32,000 nt of DNA. It comes from Candidatus Methanosuratincola verstraetei. Its GTDB lineage: Archaea > Thermoproteota > Methanomethylicia > Methanomethylicales > Methanomethylicaceae. The stretch lies in contig CP186953.1 of assembly GCA_049570475.1 (NCBI GenBank), forward strand, positions 349,393 to 381,392. The letters run 5' to 3'. Positions 24,526 through 32,000 of the stretch are shown piece by piece. The position numbers and the translations under genes were made by a program. Below the pieces are notes generated by a model. It saw nothing but the letters and a program-made list of their open reading frames with translations, had not been told where the DNA came from and did no database searches. How positions within the stretch are numbered: the first letter of the stretch is position 1; the number at the start of each line of letters is the position of its first letter.

Positions 24526-25098
24526 ATGCAGATCGGATTCGAGCCAAAAATCGTGTTCCTGTGCCCACTGTGCCAAAAGGATGTGGAGATGGTCTACAGC
24601 AGGTCAGAAGGATGGTCGGCAGATCACGGAGGATGCCTCAATTTCTCGGTGATCAGGAAAACGCCGACTATTGGGGACAAGGAGTTCAGGACGCCTTTGG
24701 TATTCATAGATCTAGAGTCGGATTTTGCAATAAGGGAAGCGATAGATGGCCTCAGAGCATTGGCGGCCGATGAGGCGGACTCTACCAAAAGGACAAAGAT
24801 CGAAGCAGGGATCAGGAGGCTGGAGTCCAAGATAGGCTTTGCTGAAAAGAAGATTCAAGAGTTGCTCGAGGCGATAAAGGGGGGGACTTATGGGCTGAGG
24901 ATAGTATCAGGGAGATCGGTGGGCGCGCTGGTCTGGAGAGGCGAAGAAAAATTCTTTGGGATATCCTATGGAAATGCGCAGAATGAAGAATTTGGGCTGA
25001 TGATCACATCCCAAGAGGATGAGGCAAAAGGCTTCATTCTCAAATGGATTCATTACTGGGACGGGGCAAAGCTTGTTGGGAAAAAGATGTTCCCCTAG
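24526..25098 (+). CDS. hypothetical protein (190 aa): N-terminal CPLC...H..GC metal-site-like segment, central coiled coil, unknown C-terminal domain
   Basis: The ATG is preceded by GGAG at 7 nt. Codon usage is host-like. No family was recognised. Confidence 0.6.
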   Translation: MQIGFEPKIVFLCPLCQKDVEMVYSRSEGWSADHGGCLNFSVIRKTPTIGDKEFRTPLVFIDLESDFAIREAIDGLRALAADEADSTKRTKIEAGIRRLESKIGFAEKKIQELLEAIKGGTYGLRIVSGRSVGALVWRGEEKFFGISYGNAQNEEFGLMITSQEDEAKGFILKWIHYWDGAKLVGKKMFP

Positions 25099-25182
25099 TT
25101 TGAGCTCAGATTTGGAATAGAAAAATAAAAAAAAGACCCCGATCGTGCTTTAAAGAAATAAAAAAGAAAGAAGGATTGCCGA

Positions 25183-25683
25183 ATGGAGAAATTCACTGTC
25201 AGGGAGTTTAGGCCCGAAGACCTTGAATCGGTCATTACGATAAACAAGGTCTGCCTGCCTGAAAATTATTCCCCGGATTTTTTCATGGAGCATCATTGGG
25301 AGAACCCAAAGATCTTCCTGGTGGCCCAAGTGGGAGACAAAGTCGTAGGGTACAACATGTGCAGGATCGAATTTGGCATCTCGAACATAAAGAGGGATTT
25401 TGCAAAGAAGGGGCATGTGATTTCAATTGCAGTCTTGGAAGATTACAGGGGGATGGGGATCGGCCAGAGACTGATGGAGGAGGGGATGAAGAACGTCAGG
25501 GAGTCTGGCGCGTCAGAGATTTACCTCGAGGTGAGGCAGAGCAACCTACCGGCAATCCAGCTGTACAGGAAGTTAGGCTTCAGGGCCGTCCGGGTCCTAG
25601 AAGGGTACTACAGGGACGGTGAGAATGCCTATCTGATGGTGGCTAACTTGGAAGAAAAAACCCGCTTTGGGGACGGTTCATGA
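25183..25683 (+). CDS. GNAT N-alpha-acetyltransferase (RimI/Ard1-like)
   Basis: The IAVLEDYRGMGIGQRLM acetyl-CoA motif A, LEVR.SN..A..LY.KLGF and YY.DGE.AY.M. Confidence 0.85.
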   Translation: MEKFTVREFRPEDLESVITINKVCLPENYSPDFFMEHHWENPKIFLVAQVGDKVVGYNMCRIEFGISNIKRDFAKKGHVISIAVLEDYRGMGIGQRLMEEGMKNVRESGASEIYLEVRQSNLPAIQLYRKLGFRAVRVLEGYYRDGENAYLMVANLEEKTRFGDGS

Positions 25684-25884
25684 GTCGGCGGCAGATCTCC
25701 GAAACTTCTGATAGGCAGTATAGCCGATAAGGATTACAGTCGGCAAGTAGAAAATGCAGGATTCGAAGAAGGTTTCAAAAATAGGCGTGCCGTTAAGACG
25801 CATGTAGGCGAGGCACAGAGATACGGTCAACATAGCAATGGATGCAATAAGTGAGCTTCTGAAGTCGTCGATTTCCATATGCAC
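25678..25884 (-). CDS. possible small two-TM membrane protein (68 aa)
   Basis: An ORF with two hydrophobic segments. However, its codon usage (ATT, CGT, low GC3) differs from neighbouring genes. Confidence 0.3.
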   Translation of the reverse strand: MHMEIDDFRSSLIASIAMLTVSLCLAYMRLNGTPIFETFFESCIFYLPTVILIGYTAYQKFRRSAADS

Positions 25885-25935
25885 GTGAGATCATACGCGA
25901 TATAAAAGTTAAGCGGCAGTTGCTGTGGGGATTAG

Positions 25936-25952
25936 AACGAAATTTATATATA
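25936..25952 (+). promoter_or_regulatory. BRE/TATA (gaacgaaatttatatata) of the thermosome gene
   Basis: A strong TATA element about 55 nt upstream of the ATG. AGGTG lies 8 nt before the ATG. Confidence 0.55.
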
Positions 25953-26006
25953 GAAGTGCTTTCTGTTTTTTCAGACGTAACATTTTGTGGGCTAGGTGTA
26001 TGAACC

Positions 26007-27664
<1,658 letters not shown>

Positions 27665-27665
<1 letters not shown>

Positions 27666-27919
27666 TGAGCCAGGAAACAAAACAGATACTCGGTCCAGCA
27701 ACGCTGACAAGGTTCGAGAAGGCCCGGATATTAGGAGCCCGGGCCCTCCAGCTTTCAATGGGTGCTCCTCCGCTGATAGCCTCAAGCGCAACAACGCCAA
27801 TAGACATAGCCGAGGAGGAGCTGAAGGCAGGCGTCCTCCCGATAACGATAAGGAGGAGGCTCCCTGACGGACGGCACCAAGACATCCCATTGAAGTGGCT
27901 GGTAAAGAAAACCCAGTAA
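27665..27919 (+). CDS. rpoK: DNA-directed RNA polymerase subunit K (Rpo6)
   Basis: [25 protein letters not shown] and [12 protein letters not shown]. Its ATG overlaps the thermosome TGA (TGATG). Confidence 0.9.
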
Positions 27920-27947
27920 TCTTTTTTTATTTTATTTCATTTTATTA
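27920..27947. terminator. T-rich tract between convergent rpoK and larB
   Basis: tctttttttattttatttcattttatt. Oligo-T runs are the usual archaeal termination signal. On the minus strand the tract reads as an A-run, so it mainly serves rpoK. Confidence 0.4.
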
Positions 27948-27965
27948 CGCTTTGCATAGTTTTTG

Positions 27966-28751
27966 CTATTCGGATCCTTTCCCAGACTTGCGCCCAACCC
28001 TACAGATCAAAGCCGCAGTAACCGCAGCCCCAACGCCATTGTCGATGTTGACAACCACAAGACCAGGGGTGCAGCTCTGAAGCATAGCTGCTAGGGCCGC
28101 TTCCCCGCGCCCCCCGAAGCCGTAACCGGATGAAGTCGGCACCCCAATCACAGGCACAGGCGCCAAGCTACTGATCACTGACGCAAGTGCGCCCTCCATC
28201 CCCGCAAACACAATGATCACATCCACATTCTTGTCCAGCGAATCCCTGACTGCCGGGAAGACTCTCTGGATGCCAGCTATCCCAACATCATAATACGAAT
28301 AGACCGTGCAGCCCAGCGCCTCCAACACGAATTTGGCTTCTTCAGCTACGCGTATGTCTGCCGTGCCAGCAGTTATCAACGAGACTGCCCCGCGCTTTTC
28401 GGGATTAGCAGTGCCGCTACTTCGGATGACCGCTACTCTCCCGACCGGGCTGTACTTGACTTCAGGCTTTCCTTCCAGGCTAGACACGAGTGGCCCAAGC
28501 CTCTCCTCGTCGAGGCGGGTAATTATGACCCTCCCGGATTCCTCGAGGAAAGACTTGACGATTTTCTTCAGGGAGGCGCCATCTTTGCCGTCTGCTAGGA
28601 TAATCTCGGGAACGCCCTTTCTAGCCTCCCTCGACAGGTCAAGGCAGGCCACCTCAATCTCCTTTATTGCAAGTAACCTGATCTTCTGCTCAGCTTCGTC
28701 AACGCTGATCTTGCCAGAGCTGAGTTCTGAAAGCAACCTTCGGAGATCCAA
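27966..28751 (-). CDS. larB: nickel-pincer cofactor biosynthesis protein LarB (PurE-like carboxylase/hydrolase)
   Basis: DLSREARKGVPE, ITAGTAD..VAEEA, AGMEGALASV, IGVPTS.GYG and NIDNG. TTG start with GGGTG upstream. Confidence 0.88.
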   Translation of the reverse strand: MDLRRLLSELSSGKISVDEAEQKIRLLAIKEIEVACLDLSREARKGVPEIILADGKDGASLKKIVKSFLEESGRVIITRLDEERLGPLVSSLEGKPEVKYSPVGRVAVIRSSGTANPEKRGAVSLITAGTADIRVAEEAKFVLEALGCTVYSYYDVGIAGIQRVFPAVRDSLDKNVDVIIVFAGMEGALASVISSLAPVPVIGVPTSSGYGFGGRGEAALAAMLQSCTPGLVVVNIDNGVGAAVTAALICRVGRKSGKGSE

Positions 28752-28790
28752 TTCGCAGCACCCATTTTAATATAGGCAGCCTCTGATCTT

Positions 28791-30035
28791 ATGAGGGTGG
28801 CGTATTTGAATTTGGTGCTCATTGATGCGTCTCTTGCAGGCGTGTCAGGAGATAAGCTGGTATCAGCATTCGCATCAGCCTCAGGCAGGAGCAGGGACCT
28901 CGAAGCGGCGATCAATGGCGCGTTAAAGTCGATCGGCAAAGAATCTTGCGAGGTCTTTTTCGAAGAGATTGAGAGCCAAGGAATTAAAGGGCTTCAGCTC
29001 AAGTTCAAGGATTCAGCGGTGGAGCACAAAAGCGAAGTTGGCGCCAGAACAGCAGGTGAAGCCATCGAGACCTTGACTGCTGCTGCCAAGGCGATAGGGC
29101 TCACTCAAGCCGGGGAAAGACTGGCACGAAGCGCGATGGATCTGCTCATCAGTACAGAAAAAGCAGCCCATGGAACTGAGCTCCTCCATGAGCTTGGGAG
29201 CGTAGACACAGTGATAGACATCATCGGGACTTTTAAAGCCATTGAGCTATTGGGCGTTGAAGATTGCGCCTTTTTCACCACTCCAGTGGCTGTAGGCTTC
29301 GGTTCAGTGCGCTCTTCTCACGGGCTGCTCCCTGTCCCGGCCCCCGCAACCCTGTCAATAATGAGCCGCACCGGGATACCTATGGCCAGAGGTGAAGTAC
29401 AGCAAGAATTGACTACCCCGACAGGGGCGGCATTGTTGGCGGTCCTGACCTCCGGGAGGGTCGACTTTCCGCCTTTTAGAACAGCCCCAGGGGGGATTGG
29501 CATAGGCATAGGGAAAAGGGAGATCGGATTCCCGAACATAACCAGGGTCATAATTGGAGAGGCGCTTGCCGGAACGAAAGATGAAGAGATCTTACTGGTC
29601 GAGTCCAACGTCGATGATGTTGAAGGGGAGGTTTTGGGCTGGATATTCGAGAAGTTGAACGGGGTAGCAGAGGACGTCTGCATAATCCCGATGCTCACGA
29701 AAAAGAACAGGCCAGGACACATAATAAGGGCCGTTGCCACTGCCGATTCGGTTGGTAAGGTCATAGACACGATTTTGAAGGAAACCGGAACGCTCGGGGT
29801 GAAGGTTTCGCCGTGGAGGAGGATCAAGGTTCATAGGGAAGAGAGCGTTGTCGATTTGGACATAAGAGGCAAGCCATACAGCGTGAGGGTCAAGACGAAC
29901 CTCAGGACGGGTAGGAGTAAGCCTGCTTATGATGATTGCAGGAAAGTGGCTTTGGAAGAGGGGTTGCCATTAAAGAGCGTTGTGGATCTCGTGCGGTCTA
30001 AGCTTCAGCCCTACGAAGATGGGGGCGATCGTTAG
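28791..30035 (+). CDS. larC: nickel insertion protein LarC (DUF111 family)
   Basis: An N-terminal GVSGDK (GxSGDM-like) motif, HELGSVDTVIDI, LPVPAPAT, TPTGAALL, E.NVDD and a C-terminal ferredoxin-like domain. Confidence 0.88.
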   Translation: MRVAYLNLVLIDASLAGVSGDKLVSAFASASGRSRDLEAAINGALKSIGKESCEVFFEEIESQGIKGLQLKFKDSAVEHKSEVGARTAGEAIETLTAAAKAIGLTQAGERLARSAMDLLISTEKAAHGTELLHELGSVDTVIDIIGTFKAIELLGVEDCAFFTTPVAVGFGSVRSSHGLLPVPAPATLSIMSRTGIPMARGEVQQELTTPTGAALLAVLTSGRVDFPPFRTAPGGIGIGIGKREIGFPNITRVIIGEALAGTKDEEILLVESNVDDVEGEVLGWIFEKLNGVAEDVCIIPMLTKKNRPGHIIRAVATADSVGKVIDTILKETGTLGVKVSPWRRIKVHREESVVDLDIRGKPYSVRVKTNLRTGRSKPAYDDCRKVALEEGLPLKSVVDLVRSKLQPYEDGGDR

Positions 30036-30050
30036 CCCCAAGAAAAGAAG

Positions 30051-30437
30051 TCAGCACTTCATCCTCACGGTGACCCATTCCCCTCGCTTAACCCGACGCA
30101 CAGCCTCCAGAGGGGATACAAGTTTCCCAACAACGTTGACGGGGCTGTAGGGCTGCGAATCCCCAAAGAATACACAGAATGCCCTAGATGGGGGCCAATA
30201 AGCAAGCGTGCCGGGGGTCACAGTAGATCTTGGTTTCTCAGGCCCTGCCGAAACAGGGGTCTCGAAGTATATCTCTTCCTTCCAAAGGAAGGTTCTCGAA
30301 GTGAAAGGCAATGCACCCACGATAGACTCTACAGTCCTAGGAGAGAGTATTCGGGAGAGCACGCCCTCAGCTTTCGCGCTCTCAAACTCAATGAGGATCG
30401 GTATTTCTGATTCTTTGGAAGAGGGCAAAAAATGCAC
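30051..30437 (-). CDS. cyclophilin-like domain protein (TM1367/PF04126-like)
   Basis: About 128 aa with the pattern ...LP......W.EE.YF......E.....V.PG.LAYWPP..A.C.FFG, which is typical of this small family as I recall it. Confidence 0.6.
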   Translation of the reverse strand: MHFLPSSKESEIPILIEFESAKAEGVLSRILSPRTVESIVGALPFTSRTFLWKEEIYFETPVSAGPEKPRSTVTPGTLAYWPPSRAFCVFFGDSQPYSPVNVVGKLVSPLEAVRRVKRGEWVTVRMKC

Positions 30438-30439
30438 CC

Positions 30440-30739
30440 TTAAGCCGCAGGCACATAGATGCTTACGCGCCGCGTCTTCTTTACTTCCTTGAGCAGCCCT
30501 TGGCTGACCATTCCCTGGAGGAGATCCTTCGCTACGCTATACTTTAGGTTATATTTTGAGTAAATCTGGTATGGCGTCACGCAGACCATCTTCGGCACTT
30601 CTTTCCTTATCTGATCCAAGACCTTTGGGTCTACCACCGAGGTGGCTGCCGACTTTACGATCTCCTTCTTCGCAGACTCCTTCTTCTCTGGAGCTTCGCC
30701 TTTCGCTGGCTTTGCAACAGTCTTTTTAGCCCCACCCAT
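30440..30739 (-). CDS. rps25e: 30S ribosomal protein S25e
   Basis: A Lys-rich N-terminus followed by VTPYQIYSKYNLKYSVAKDLL...G.L. ATG 30739 is preceded by AGGTG. The longer ORF to 30820 is rejected. Confidence 0.85.
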   Translation of the reverse strand: MGGAKKTVAKPAKGEAPEKKESAKKEIVKSAATSVVDPKVLDQIRKEVPKMVCVTPYQIYSKYNLKYSVAKDLLQGMVSQGLLKEVKKTRRVSIYVPAA

Positions 30740-30791
30740 AATACACACCTGACATCGGAAAAAGGTCAAGTTAACAATAAAAACGTTTTGG

Positions 30792-32000
30792 TTAAGGAGC
30801 TTTGCTGAAGGCCCTCTCAAACGGCTGCCTGTGTATCGAGTTCATTGTGCAGAATGGTATGATTCTGCCATCGGGAAGCGCATAGTGGATTGTGCATCGC
30901 CTAACCCTTTCCAAGTCGAAGTTATATGGATCCATGAAGTGCATGCAGCCGATCAGTACAACCTTGTGCATGAACTCCCCGAGGGAGTCGTAGTCGCCAT
31001 GGAGCAGCACTGAGGACAGTATGCTCCCGAGCAGCGCCTTGTTCACATACCGGGTCGCTCCTAGCAGGCGCATCTTCGCCCTTAACTTGGATCCTTTTAC
31101 CGCGTCTTCATACACCTTCTCCATTGAATCCATGAACTTCTCGACATTGGCATATTTTGTGATCGGTACTAGCCTATCCCCCTCCGGGAGCAGCATGGTA
31201 GCCATGCCACAGTGCTGGTGGTTTGTGAACGTCTGGTATCGCCTTCCCTTCAGGGCTCCCACAGCGTTCGATATAGGCACTACGACAGGGATGGGGTAGA
31301 AGTCCGAGGTCTTTACCTCCCCATTTGTCTGCGCCTCTACGAGCTTCAAGAAGTCAGGGATTGTGATGCGCATCTCCCTCAACCGGTTCTTGTCGATCCT
31401 GCCTGCCATGGAGACGGGCTGGAAGTTCACGCCCCGGACCACGTCGTGGTTCTTGGCCGCGAATCGGATTATGTCACCGACCTGATCGTCATTAACTCCT
31501 CTCACCAGGGTAGGGACCAAGACAACACTATGGAGTCCGACTGATCTGCAGTTCTCGATTACCTTGAGTTTGGTCTGGAGGAGATCGACCCCCCTGGCAG
31601 CGATGTATGGGCCTGGCTTCATGCCGTCGAACTGCAGATAAAGGGTGCTGAGACCGGCATCAATCAATCCCTTCAGGAAAGATGGATCATTGGATACACG
31701 TATGCCATTGGTGTTGACCTCGATGTGATCGAAGCCTGCTTCCTTTGCCATCCGTATGATGTCAGGGAGGTCGTCCCTTAGAGTCGGCTCCCCTCCCGAG
31801 AACTGAATCGAGTTCGGCGGGACAGGCCGGTTGCTCCTGAGGTTTTTCAGCATCTCTGCGATCTGATCCCTGGTGGGCTCATAGGCGTAACCGGCGGTTG
31901 CTGCATTGGCGAAGCAGATAGGGCACCGCAGATTGCACCTGTTGGTCACGTCGATTATGGCAAGAACGGTATGCGACCCATGTGATGGGCATATTCCGCA
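30792..32000 (-). CDS. radical SAM protein, MJ0619/tetraether-lipid-synthase (Tes/GDGT-MAS)-like; 5' end outside the window
   Basis: CNLRCPICFA (CxxxCxxC), SGGEPTLR, NTNG, and the C-terminal YALPDGRIIPFCTMN. The frame stays open upstream to position 32000 (CGICPSHGSHTVLAIIDV...). Confidence 0.75.
   Translation of the reverse strand, partial: CGICPSHGSHTVLAIIDVTNRCNLRCPICFANAATAGYAYEPTRDQIAEMLKNLRSNRPVPPNSIQFSGGEPTLRDDLPDIIRMAKEAGFDHIEVNTNGIRVSNDPSFLKGLIDAGLSTLYLQFDGMKPGPYIAARGVDLLQTKLKVIENCRSVGLHSVVLVPTLVRGVNDDQVGDIIRFAAKNHDVVRGVNFQPVSMAGRIDKNRLREMRITIPDFLKLVEAQTNGEVKTSDFYPIPVVVPISNAVGALKGRRYQTFTNHQHCGMATMLLPEGDRLVPITKYANVEKFMDSMEKVYEDAVKGSKLRAKMRLLGATRYVNKALLGSILSSVLLHGDYDSLGEFMHKVVLIGCMHFMDPYNFDLERVRRCTIHYALPDGRIIPFCTMNSIHRQPFERAFSKAP

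Noticed and set aside
24053-25098. Reading the Toprim gene pair as an anti-phage defence module (OLD/Gabija/PARIS-like)
   Set aside because: There is no ATPase, ABC or helicase partner. The Toprim protein is a minimal approximately 140-aa form resembling a conserved archaeal housekeeping family. The neighbourhood is core metabolism with host-like composition.

Overview
This window reads as an archaeal (euryarchaeote-like) chromosomal segment, judged from gene content. It carries topoisomerase VI A/B, a thermosome, RpoK, S25e, form III RuBisCO with AMP phosphorylase, SepCysS and tandem PurP genes. By eye the G+C content is roughly 55-60%. Coding density is high, and many starts are TTG or GTG preceded by GGAGG/GGTG-like Shine-Dalgarno motifs. 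I see about 40 protein genes, one tRNA-Cys(GCA), one roughly 260-nt structured non-coding RNA of unresolved family, and one complete IS200/IS605-type element (tnpA + tnpB). There is no rRNA and no CRISPR array.

Most of the window is housekeeping or core metabolism:
- tRNA-dependent cysteine synthesis
- an e2b2-rbcL-deoA AMP-salvage operon preceded by prs
- top6B-top6A
- purP-purP plus a nucleoside phosphorylase
- larB/larC
- ubiX with an LpdD-like gene

The parts that deserve a second look are:
- the unclassified structured RNA at about 23754-24015
- the tRNA-Cys / 62-aa ORF / SepCysS unit
- the AT-rich IS element sitting about 16 nt upstream of an alcohol dehydrogenase start, whose TnpB lacks the usual zinc-finger segment
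- a Toprim plus unknown-protein pair at 24053-25098
- a cysteine-rich ORF with no ATG start at about 1723-2193

I found no clear multi-gene system of unknown function. All family assignments come from my reading of the translated ORFs and remembered motifs, not from searches.
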